DNA of 64,000 bases. It comes from Marsupella aquatica. Its lineage: Eukaryota; Plantae; Marchantiophyta. The notes below the pieces were generated by a model. The model was not told the DNA's origin, ran no database searches, and worked only from the letters and a program-made list of their open reading frames with translations. The position numbers and the translations under genes were made by a program. The first letter of the stretch is position 1; every line of letters starts with the position of its first letter. The DNA lies in the NCBI GenBank assembly GCA_973895155.1, contig OZ316896.1:21334152-21398151 (forward strand), in the 5' to 3' direction. This document shows, piece after piece, positions 47,980 through 60,229 of the stretch.

Positions 47980-50900
47980 ATGAGGATCGCCTGGGATGAT
48001 CAAAGCAGTGTGGGCAAAGGAGAAATCTCGGGTCAAGGAGAGTTTCGCCTGCGACGAGAATCTCTTCGTGGTGACACGGGTGTCAAGATGAATGAATCAG
48101 AACCTGGTCGTGGAGCTTCCGGTGAGTAGGCTAGTTATCGTGGACAACCGGGCAGTGCTTTGGTGGTACAGCGGTTGGCTAAACATATTTGCTCAGTGCT
48201 GACAATCCTGCTCCATCACTGATTGAGTTGTCCTTGATGATGCTTGAATGTTGTGGCAGCTCCACCGTCGATTTGTTCTCTGGATCGATCGGGTGTGTCT
48301 TGCTCTTCTTGTCTCGCGACAAATATTTTTCGCGAAGCCGGTCTCAGGTCTCATTATTTTCGAGGAGATGGTGTCAAGTCTCTTCGAACATTGCCGATCA
48401 TTCGGAAGCGCTCCTTTCCCGATTCGAAAAATGATACGAGGCCTTCCAAGGTTCTTTCCAGTCATCCAATCAAATTTATGATTTTTGCTAAACGAAAAAT
48501 TTGGTCATGTGGGAATCTACTGTAGTTGGTCACTGAACTTTTGACTCCATCTAAGGCCCCCATGTTTCGTTTCTCTTCCTCTGCCATTGGCTTGACTTTG
48601 ATTGCGGTGAATTGCTAAAGGTGGAGTTGTCCTCACATTTTGAAAGCTAGATTGGACGTCCGGCGTTTTCACATTGGTGGACCTTTCCATTCCAACAACC
48701 ATGTTGTTCCTGATAATAATTCTGTTTTTTTTGGCTTGAGCAGAGAAAGAAGGAGCAAATGGAGCAGACGGAGAAAGCGGCCGAGCTCTTCAAGAATAGC
48801 CGTCGTAAAATTAGAGCAGATGAAGACGACATTGTACGACGACGAGAATCTCTCCGGAGCTACACGGCTCTCAAGAACAATGACGGAAAAGGTTGCCGAG
48901 TTTCTGGTGAGTGAGCCAGCGGACATCGTCGCCCTAGGTCCGATTTCAATTCAAGTACACAAATTACGTCAGCAATTCAATATTAGGTCCCAACAGTTCT
49001 ACACTCTTGTTTTCCCCGGGCCCACACATTCATGTCCATCCCTCCTGAAGCGCTGATTGAAGGTTGATTTAGAGCCTATGGATTCCAATTGGGACACGAG
49101 ACGGAAATCACGAGAAGCCAAAAATGGTAGAACTATGAACTGTAAACGAGCCAAGGAAGCTAGAAATCATATGTACCTCGACCTGTAGAGAAGAATTGCT
49201 CGCTCAGAAAGTTGGGCTGTTCAGGTGAAAGCTCCCGTTGCTACTTTCCTTGACCCCGTCTCCCCTGCAGAAATGAGATCATATACAAGGGGAAGAGTAG
49301 AAATGGACAAACTTGAACTTTGAATGACTTCACTTTGGGTACTCTTTCCGTGCTGCCTTCGGCTGCAAGGTGGTATTCTTGTGCTTTTTGTGCTGTAAGT
49401 TGGTATTCTTGTGCGTTCTTGAAAAGCGATGTGTTCCCCATGAAACTTTCAATTACTGAGGAGGCCCACAACGTGCGAAATTTAATCCATACAGATCAAT
49501 CATCACCGTACGGGGAAAGAAAGTACTGTACAATGCAGCTTCGTCCTTCCTTCTAGACTGTTGTAATGTAGCTTCGGGAGGGAATACACGACTGACCACA
49601 TCTTGAAATCAGAAACGAAGTGCATCGACTGAAAATTGTCTTGGGCTTAGTTACGCAGAAAATTCTTTCCGAGGGCCATGATTTTGTTCAAGAACAACGT
49701 GCTGAAGGAACTCTGGTTGGGATTTTACAGATTGTGCTCAAGGTGGCAAAGAAGCAAGAGATGAAGACGGAAAGAAGCTGCAGATGACCGTTTCTGAGAG
49801 TCATGAGCAAATGTTCTATGAGCGCGATGTACTTAATCATCCAGCCGAGGCAGCAAAATTGATCACTGGTCTGCTAGAGCTCAATGAGAATTTGCAGGAG
49901 CAGGAAGCAATTTTTCGAAAATGTAAAGAACTGAGCGATATCATCAGCACTACCGAGACGTATCCAGGGGAATTGCAAGGAGAGAACGAAGGGGAAATAG
50001 TTGTCGAGATGGCTCGTCCAGAGGGTGAGATTGTGGATGTCGTCATGAGAGGCGCCCAGAATGAGGGTAGGAATAGGAGCTCGGTTATCGGATTCGTTGG
50101 AAATCATAAATACGAGGTGATGGAAAGTTTTTCGGAGCCCCACGATGGAGACGAACTGATTCACAGTCGTAGTAGCCACCTTGGGCAATCCTCCGCGCTG
50201 AATCTGCGCTCCTCGACGGCAGTGATCAGTAGTGAACGAGATGACAGCGTACACCCTTATAAGGGGCAGTTATGGGGACATGAAATTATAATACTAAGTA
50301 GTGATGGAGAAGGAGCGGAGGGAACAGTAGTGATCAGCAGTGACGATGAAGAAGAAGGGGCCAACAGGAAGAAGATCTTGGACATGAATCATGGAATGAG
50401 CCAGTCTCACTCGGAAGAACACCCAGACGATAATCAACCGGCACTTCCAAAACTTGACAGTGCTGCATCTTCAGATGCGGAGGTGCTGCCAACGGAGCCC
50501 ATCGTCTGCCAACCACTGGCTTGCATGCAAAAATATGGACCGTGGTCTACACGAATTAGGAAAGACGGAAGGCGATGGAGGAAGCAAACGCAAGGATGGA
50601 CCCACATCAAACGAAAGTACCTTCGCCACAGGCGTTTCGGAGAGGCTCGGTTTAGTGAGGAGGGCTTGAATTTGCAGAGTCTGTTGAGGAAAGAGGAGAC
50701 TAGATGTCCAGCTGAGATTCCAGACGATGACGAGGACGTGCCTTACGAGGTCTATCGTCGGAGTTCTCAGATGGCGAAGGAGCTGGAACCCGATCCGGAC
50801 GCAGAAGAACTTGAAGATCTGTTTCAAGAAATGGCTCTCGCTTTGGACAAGAGATGGGTAAGTCCCTATGAGTCACGCATTCCAGGATCATTTTTCTCCC

Positions 50901-53900
50901 GAGGACCATTCAGTAAAGAATGCTTATGGAAACTTTTACTTGATTCACGCTGGTTCACAATATTGTTAAAAGTAACCAACTAGTTGAAGATTCGGGAAGA
51001 CACTTGTAATTAAAAACTTTAAAGTCGTCGCAGTTGGAAGTAACTCAACTGAATTGGTTTAATCATTTATTGTTGTTTCCTCTAATCAACGAATAGAGCA
51101 AACATGGTCCTTCTATTGACAGTGTTCTTTTCCGAGCATCGGGACTGAGGTACAGATTCGGTACACTTAACCTTCCACTAAAGAGGAATTATCATCGGAG
51201 AAATTATCAGCTCAGTCATGTTTCGAAGTAAAGCCTTCTGCGATCAGAGTGGATCATTAATCATTCCTATCGTTTGCGGTGAGTTTGTTTTCATGCTCAT
51301 GTTCTGGAGAGCATATACATTGACTGAGCTACTAGAAAGATCGCGAAAAGCATCTTGGTGCTAGACGTACGAGACATCGTTTTAGTATGAACCTTCTTTG
51401 TTTCAACCACAGAGCACCACCATGAACCAACCTCGACGTTTCATAGAATTCTTTGCAAGATGTTGCTTAACAGAGCAGCAATATTTGTTAGCGTCGCTAT
51501 TTGCTTTGGCAACTCTACGGTGTGGTTGACGATTGTACTGGCAGGAGAGGTGCTGGAACTATTCCAGTTTCTGTTCACCACGTTTGGCTTTGAAATTTCT
51601 TGACACCTCGATGACCTCGATGATTAAGTCGTCGCTTGGTATTTACGAACTGAACGCAAATTTGTTGCCCCTATCTAATGCAGGAGAAACGAGAGACATT
51701 GGATAACCAACCTGTCCTCCAGAATGAAGGGGGCTGTTCTCACGACTACGCTTTTGAGGATGAAGTCGGATGGGTATGCGAAAAATGCGGGCTCGTTGGT
51801 CAGGACATTCAGTCTATTTTTATCCGGGTAAGTCCCTATCCTTTTCTGGATTTCGCCCCTCCTGGGCCTAGATGTGTCATCCTCGCTCCGCATGTGTTTT
51901 TTGAGCCAACAGCCTCTAGAAATATTGTCTAATGACTGTCCATGTGAAATGCAAACCTCAGAAGGAAATTGTGGGCAAAATAAAATTCGTACTCTGCTAC
52001 TTGTCCACCTACAAGCCCTACAACGCTCTTCTTTTACGAGGGAATGCGGAAAATCTGTAGTTTGTTGAAGTGTGTAGCACAGTAATGCCGTTGACTGTTA
52101 GGAAAATGCAAGAAAACAGCCTCAAAGCCTCTGGGCAGGGCACTTCATCTGTATGTGTGAACGAACAAATCCATCTACAAGTGCAGCTCCCATGCGAGAA
52201 GCTTGTAGAAGAGCAAAGTCTAATCGACCAGTATTAAGGACCTGAAGTTCGATTAGTGTATAAGACCTTATAATGTGCCTTGTCCCCAAATTATGATATT
52301 AGTTCCTATAGAAAATTGCTCATACTTGGTAGGTTGCTTGTCCAGGATTCTACACGTCCGAAGAAAAGGGCTGCAATTGTGCCAGTACAGGAGGAGTTGG
52401 CAAATCCTGAGAGCCAGGATTACGAAGGGCTATGTTTTGCTCAGGGGAGGCTCTCGAGAGTAACTTTGACTCTACACCCATACTACGAAGAGAAACTGCA
52501 CACGCACCAAAAGGAAGGTATCACATTTTTGACAAGGAATTTGCTTGGGGATGCGAAAATGCAGCTGCCACCAGGTGGCTGCATTCTTGCCCATGCCCCA
52601 GGAACAGGCAAGTCTTGCTTAACGGTGAGTTTTGTGCAGAGTTTTCTCACTGCCTACTCTAATGGGAGGCCCTTGATTGTGGCACCTAAGATTATGCTTA
52701 GGCCGTGGCAGAACGAGTTCGAGCGCTGGAACGTGGAAGACGTTCCTGTCTACAACTTGAACGAAACGTTGAGAAAGAAAGGGAGAAAGTCCTTCCGGGA
52801 AAAGAGTGACCTTGCTACTGTCATTACCTCTACTCCATATTATAAAGAGAGATTGGAGGTTAGGCGGTTGAGACTTATCAAGAAATGGCTCAAAACGAGA
52901 AGTGTTCTGGTTGTCAGCTACAATTTGTTCGCCTGCCTGGTTTTGGCTGGTCTTAATGATGAGACTACAGGATCCGTGAAACAACAGCTATGTGAGGCAC
53001 TACTGGACGGACCTGAGCTGCTGATTCTGGACGAAGGCCACTTCCCTCGAACTAAACGTACTAAAATCTCGCAAGCTCTGATGAGAGTTCGCACTAATCG
53101 TAAAATTCTGCTATCTGGTACTTTGTTCCAAAACAACTTCAAGGAGCTATTCAACATCATGAAGTTGGCCCGACACAATTTCATGTCGTTGTGTCCTGAA
53201 TTTGCTACGCGCTTGAAAAAGGTGAATCCAAGAAAGGAGCCATCATCAGACCAGGACAACCATTTTGCTGGTAGAGCTTACAATGAGCTGAACCTCGCCG
53301 TCAGAGAGTGTGAGGAGCAGATGTTCATGGACGACATCGGCTACATACTGGAGGAGTTCGTTGAGGGAGCTGAAAACTTTGACGAAATCAATTTGGCACT
53401 GAGGAAGTTGAGAGCACTCACAGGGCCAATTGTGAATTGGTACACAGGGCAGATTCTGGAGTCACTTCCGGGTCTTCATGAGTTCGTTGTGTACCTGAAT
53501 CTGACCGCCCATCAGCATAAGTTGCTCTCCCGTCTGAAGTGCAAAAGCAGTTTTGAAGAGAAGACAAGGCTTGCTGAGGTTTGCATTCATCCAGAATTGC
53601 TGAAGTATGCAGAGGATCTCGAGCTCGCTTCCACAGCTGGTGACAATAATGCTTTCAATGCGCAGCATGATCCTTCCGAGGGTGTGAAGACAGATTTCGT
53701 CTTGAAATTACTCCGCCTTTGCCGAATTACAGGCGAAAGGTTACTCGTTTTCTGCCAGACTCTTTCTCCTCTGACTCTAATCGAAAGCATGCTCGCCAAC
53801 GAGCTGGGCTGGTCAATGGGAAAGGAAGTCCTACGTCTGGATGGCACTATGCAATCGGACGAGAGACAAAGTACGATAGAGCTATTCAACGATGGGAGTA

Positions 53901-54331
53901 GTCAGGCTCGCGTCATGATGGCATCGATTACCGCTTGCAAAGAGGGCATTTCTTTGGTCGGAGCATCCCGTGTGGTCATTCTGGACGTGCTGTACAATCC
54001 CTCTGTGGTCCGGCAAGCTGTGAGCAGAGCTTTTCGCATTGGACAGAAGAAAAAGGTTTATGTATATCGTTTGGTAGCCGCGCACACAAAGGAGGAGAGA
54101 ATTTTTCAAGCCGCTGTGCAGAAGGATTGGCTCTCGACGGTCCTCATGAATCCTTCGTTGAGGATGTCTGGTGGGAACAGGTATCGCGCAGAGAAAATTT
54201 TACAGTTGGATGCAGCTCCTGAAGACAGGATTCTACAGAAAATGCTGCATACTGACGGAGGCACTAGAATCGATAGAGTCTGTCGTTACCAATGCGATTT
54301 TTGCACTAAACAAATCTCCAATTCGGTTTAA
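47980..54331 (+). CDS. CLSY: CLASSY/DRD1-family SNF2 chromatin remodeller (RdDM). Exons 47980-48121, 48260-48450, 48744-48906, 49731-50857, 51684-51827, 52346-54331 (3753 nt, 1250 aa)
   Basis: Motifs LHTHQKEG, GGCILAHAPGTGKS, LILDEGHFPR, LSGTLFQNNFKE, EGISLVGASRVVILDV, QAVSRAFRIGQKKKVYVYRL, plus the family-typical CSHDYAFEDEVGWVCEKCGLV zinc-like motif in exon 5. All junctions are GT-AG and phase-consistent. The last three exons are secure; the first three are inferred, and the donor at 48450 is weak. Confidence 0.88.
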
Positions 54332-55897
54332 GGATCTAGAGGACAAAATTGCATAAAAAACGGTACAGTTGGTAACACCTCCAAAAATGGATGCCCGAAA
54401 AAGGTTGACGCTCAAAAGAACAACCACACAAGGTGGCCTGCCGTATTATTCAAGTTCTGGTAAGGGACACTTTTCAGGGGCTGGCGGCATACAGACCTTT
54501 TCTTAGTGCAGGATTAGATGTTGGGAATTTCGAGAGGCGCGATAAATTGGGCCAAGCACGAAAGATGGGTGGCTCGATCCTCTCTTTCGAAGGCCCCATC
54601 GGGAGCACAGTTTTTAAGATACAAAGTTCATTCTCAGGGTCAAAGCCGGGTTTGCTCCTTTTCTCACAAGGAGAGGCCTGTTTTCCGGATTAAAAAACCA
54701 ATCTCACAAAGAGAATTAAAGGATCTCCACTCTGTTCTATAGCAGGTATTCAACATTTTGTTGTAGATCCTTAGACGTACACATCCCGCTCCTTGGCATG
54801 GAGGACAGTACGCTAGTTATTGCTGAGTGAGAGGACTCAGGGTAGTGCCGGTGATGATAAATTAAACGAGTCCTTTGATCATTGGACTGAGAAGTAATCT
54901 GTTGCGTGAGGGACCTTTGAATGATCTTTCCGTATACTAGGCAGCACATATCCAAATTGTGTTTGCTATGAAATCTCTTTCCAGGTGAGTTGGGTGGCCT
55001 ATGAACTGGTATCTGGATTGATGAAGAAAGGTGCCGGTGATTTCACCATCAATACCACATTACTTAGTCTCAGGGCAAGAGTGTTATCGTGGGGGATGAG
55101 GAGACCAGTTTTAAAGAAAGGAATACTTTCCTTTGAAATCCCGAGAGGGACGGTAGTGCACATCATCTTCAGTGGGACGGGCAGTAATTTGTACAGCTTG
55201 AGGATCATGTACTGTACTGAGCTGAAGGCATCATAAATTCATAGACCATGCAAACATGCTGTTGGGTGTACGCGCAGGTCAAGCTCGAAGCTGTGTTTCC
55301 AATGACAATAAGAACATATATAAGTGCATTTCTGAGATTCGACGAGCTCACCGAATTAGCAATAATTGTCATTGTCCGAGAGGGCGACGTTGGATGACGA
55401 TCAGCTGCATCGTGTGACTTGTGTTTACTGCAGAAGCAGAGTCAAAATCATTCTAAGTAAAGGTGACGATGATTCCCAATTACTTTCCGGTGCTCATTTC
55501 GCAACAAACTACGAAACAGATTGACCTAAGTGCTCAATTTGCATGGTGGTGAAGGTGGTCCTCTAAACAGCGCTGATGGGCGGCAGATTGACGGCCATAT
55601 TTCTCCCAGCCTCCAGTACTTCCAGGTACTACCCATTTCCAACCGCGCGGCCATGCAAATGGTGAACGCATCGGCAGTAATATCACCCGCAACAACGCCA
55701 ATGGTGAAGTTTAGTCGAAACACTACTGTACTCGACCCAAAGTAGCTAACCTACTTTTTCCTCTTCGTTCTGGAGTCTCAGATTTCAAAGGCCTGTGTGT
55801 GCGGTCCATTTCCTACTTAGCACAAGGATCATTGTATTCTATTAAGCAGATATGCCGCACTGTTATCATACTTTTAGATAAATATCAACATTCTCGA

Positions 55898-58277
55898 TCA
55901 GGGTATAGCGGCGAGTTGCTGGATGTTAACAGGGCTGATTGCTGAGGTAGGACCTGAGAACAAGGCTGATGCAAGCTGCACGTTCACGGCATCTGTCGGG
56001 TGAAAGGGATCCCAGAATAGGTATGTGCTCCTCTGTGAACATGGATTGATACCAGTAATGCAAGGGATTTGTCCATTCCATAGGCCCAATCCACAACACC
56101 CAGTGTTTACATTGACAAGACCTGAAATGCAAATCTTAGATCATTCAGTCTGATCATCTCGCTGTACTGATTGCAAAATACATGATCTGATTCAAATGAG
56201 CTCTAGACTATCTAGCTCCTTCATCGCCAGGCCTTTTCAAAATAATGTGTCAAATTCCCAGCCTGGCGTATGTAAGCTCTCAATGAACACAGAAAGGACA
56301 TCATCGAATTACAATCAATGAGGAAAAACTGTTGCCTCGTCTATTGAAGAACGTACTACTGCCACACTTCAAACAACAGAAACCCTGCCTCAGCACACTA
56401 ACATCATAATATTTTCTACACTTTCTTCTAGACAGTTTGGCTCAGTACTTGATCGCATGATGGTATACAAAGGCAAGGTAAGGCATACCAATGGCTCCAA
56501 GCGATTAGGACGAAACTATACGATCATTCAAGCTTGCAGAAGTTCATCTCATCTTACCATAATTGGCGGGGTGTAATACTTTGTCATGAATCAGATCGAA
56601 GGCATTGCCATGGACGAAGATGGACGTTGGCAGCTGCACAGTAAGCGTATTCAGCATGACGCCCAGTGCCCTGTTGAAGCCGCGTACGTAACCATTGATG
56701 AAGTCAACGCAGAGTCCATCTCGGACATTGTTCTGGGCAAGCTGTGATGGTATGCACCCCAGTGGGCCCAGATTGACTACGGAGAACTTTCGAGCTCCCA
56801 AGTTGTAAAGTAGCTGGTGGAGAACAGTTCCGGAACATATACAATAAGCTCTTTCCCAACAGCTACAGTATTTCATTCAGAGGCTCCAACCTCTCCACAT
56901 TGTAACTCATTATGATGATCACTTCGAGATGAACTGAGCCCATCCTAGACAGGTACAGTAGACAGGCAACTAGGAGGTACAGAGTATTGATAACCCACTC
57001 AGGTTCTTACCGTGAGTTGTCTGGAAAACTCAGCTATCAAGTAGTCTTCGTACAGCTGAGGTGTGTACCGCGGGCGTGTCGGGGAGTCAGGGAGCAGGTA
57101 GTTGTTGATGTAATCGTTGCTCCCCAGTACAATGAAGTAGAGGGACTTTTGAAATACTTGCGTGGCATCACTAGGAGTCAGCAACTGCCGAAACTCCGAC
57201 TGAGTGTTTTGGAAAAACTCCAGCTGTTTGTTCATCGATATGCGACCAATCTGCATAACCGAATTTGGAGAGTGTGGGTGTTGAAATCCTTTCTCATCAC
57301 GCGGAGTTTATAGATTAAGTAATTATCCTTACGTACATCAACAAGTTGGAGAGAAGTCAACTGAAGCAGATAAACGAGAGACTCAATGAATTGGTGAATG
57401 TACGTTCTTATCCAGTTACTACGCTGCACAAAATGTCGATCTGGTGGCAAAAACGCCGTATCATCAAACTTAGAAAACGATTGAATGCGAGAGATAGGAA
57501 AGTGAACAAAGTTCTCAAGTAGATTCCTGGACTAAGATAGAAGTAAGGGTTTAATCCCTTACCTTGAGGTTCAACAACTGCGCAGGATATATTACATAAC
57601 ACGTCAAGCATTATTTGAAATGACATCTACTCATAATTATTGCAAGACAGTCAGAATGTGCTGAAAATAATGATTACAGACGCACATAGTTTGCTCCTGT
57701 ACTGTCGAGAATCCCGCCCGCTGCTGAGGCATAGTTGACCCCTTGTAGGATGGCTGGCCCTTGAGTTGATGGTGCCAAGTAAGCCGGCAGAAAAGGCAGC
57801 TTCATCAGTTGACCTGGTAACAAGAAAGGGACTCAGCACCTTAGAATCGAATCCCAAACTTGACCGCCTTTCTTGCGATCATTTTCTGTTTCTCCTGAGA
57901 CGAAACAAAAATACAAAGTGATGTCAAGGACTGCTGTACGTACAATACCATACGTAAGAGCCTTTGGAAGCTATGAATTCTTCCAATTAAATATAAGGAT
58001 CCATAAATGTGGAATTAAGATGTGAATGAAATCTCATACATATGACGTCTGTTACCGTCCGGCCATTACAGAAGCGTCCCGTAGCCTGACCATTTATGAA
58101 GTCCAAACCGTTGGGATAAAAATTAGACTTGGCGATGGTCGCGATGTAGTTGTTGTTTCCGGGGTCAGCCAGCGAGTCTCCGAAGACAAACATGGCCGGC
58201 ATGAGAGGAGGCAGTTGTGCTCTAACTAGCAGACTACTGTACACCAAAACCATCGAGACAATAAAAAATGACGTCAT
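55898..58277 (-). CDS. GDSL esterase/lipase, copy 1. Exons 58277-58040, 57813-57686, 57250-57011, 56813-56558, 56121-55898
   Basis: Signal peptide, FVFGDSLADPGNN, TGRFCNGRT, GVNYASAAGGIL, GSNDYINNY, LYNLGARK, GPLGCIP, FWDPFHPT. Canonical 5-exon plant GDSL layout with GT-AG junctions in consistent phase. Confidence 0.95.
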
Positions 58278-60229
58278 CCTCAAACTTCTTCTCGTTGTGT
58301 GGAAGCACTGTAGATTTCAGGACAGCTCTATCCAACGACAATCCGTGGCTATGGAGCTCTATCCAACGACAATCCGTGGCTATGAGCGTGAATCTTTCCG
58401 CAGCTTAGGCTGAAACTCATGGACAAGCTAGCCAGCGAGCGCGTGAGCAGTGTGACAGCAATTGATCGCCTCAATCCTAGCTTATAAGATAGTGAGCTCC
58501 TTCTTTTGTCGACGAGGTGGCTAGAACATGGACCACATAAATTTTTGCACCCGTATTTGTATCTGTTTCAAAGGCGCGCATGTTCGTTCATCCCTTCTTC
58601 AATGCACCACACCAAATGGGAATCATTGCGATTATGACCCGAAACAATACATGGTAGCCTGTGACAGACTCAAGAGGATCATACGTTGCTAAGTTCCAGA
58701 CATGCTCAAAGCGTTGAGGAACTAATCCCGAAGCTATCATACACTCGGGTGCGATAAACGGTACGTTGTGGCGGTGAGTTCAAGAAATTATTTGACCTCT
58801 GTGGACTTTCTCCACAAGGAGAACCAGCATCCCATCATTTGCAGTTTGATTACCGGTGGACATCATATGGGAATCAGTTGTAGAAGAGTGCTAGAACGAA
58901 GGCAGAACTACTTATCAGGGTGTTTCACAGCCTTGCATAAACGAAAACGTACGAGCTTTCCGTTGAGACGACTTTTGGGGCCCAAAACGACGAATCATGC
59001 TCAGAACACCAGTGCAGTACTTCGAAGCTATAGTAGACCATACGGTAGGTACGATGACGAGATCAGGCCGGGCTCCCTATAGCCCAACAAGCAAGAGACA
59101 CGGACTCTCATTATGAGTGTTTTGCGTGAAGTCATCAATGCAACACTGCGTGGCTCGCTCTCGTCTGTCCATTCTACATACCACAATTCATGTGCTTCAC
59201 AGTTCTGTTTTACAATGTGTACTTGGCTAAATCCATGGCATGCGTGGTCACGAGTACGAAGTTGAAGCTGGTGAAACGTTACGTACTAATACCGTTATCT
59301 GTTTGCCGTGTCAAAATTTAGGGCCTGTACCCATTTGAAGCTGGTGGCACTAGCTCACTCCGTAACTTACACATCACCGATCGAACTTAAAAGCCTCTCA
59401 CATCTGATACAACGTCTCATCGGCATATCCGAAGTCTTTGCAGTGATAAAGGCATGTTCTTCAGCCGACATGATTTAATTTGGGTTCAACTAGACTTCTG
59501 TTCAGAATCGAAACGTTGACTAGATATTCTGGACAAACGATCGACCAAAAAAAAAAACATTTATTGATTGAACGCACATCATATGAGGCTTGAGGCAGAT
59601 GGCATTCAGATCCTCCTGTTCCATTAAATTAATTTGTCCTTCAAGTTCAGTACAAATCTTATATATTTGTTCTAATATTCACTTCGAATTGAAGTTGAAG
59701 CCCAATGGAACAAACAAGAACTTTGAAATGACTAAAAGAATGGAACAAATACAAACTCTGAGGTGACTAAAATATGGGTTTAATAATGAAAAGATCAAAA
59801 ATATCTTCGCGGAGCTTACTTTTCATCGGATAGGGAAGTGTGGTCACTTGAATCAGTATACAAGCTACTAAATTGTAGTTGAATGCCAACACTGCATAGG
59901 CTGTTAAGTAGAGTATGTTGGAATCGACACCACGGGCCTCTCTTCAACCCCCTTGGCCTGACTTTGCTAGCTAGATTTTTGAAACGTTACATTTGCCTTC
60001 ATGATAGTTGCTAATTGATTCCGTTGAGGCCTTCTTCTCATTCTCAGAATTCAAGGCCTGACGATGCACTTCATTTTCCAGGCGATGTAGTTCAATGTCT
60101 ATTAATCATTGATCAGATCCACAAAATCTCCGTCCTCATGGACATTGGGAATACGGCAGCTTACGGCAGCTTAGCAGGGTTACGTTATCCTCTCACTGCT
60201 TCCATTCTCCTTGATATAGGTATCATCCA

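Noticed and set aside
49784-52345. Track ORFs 49784-50983, 51678-51932 and the start of 52280 as separate genes
   Set aside because: They are exons of one CLASSY gene read through into introns.
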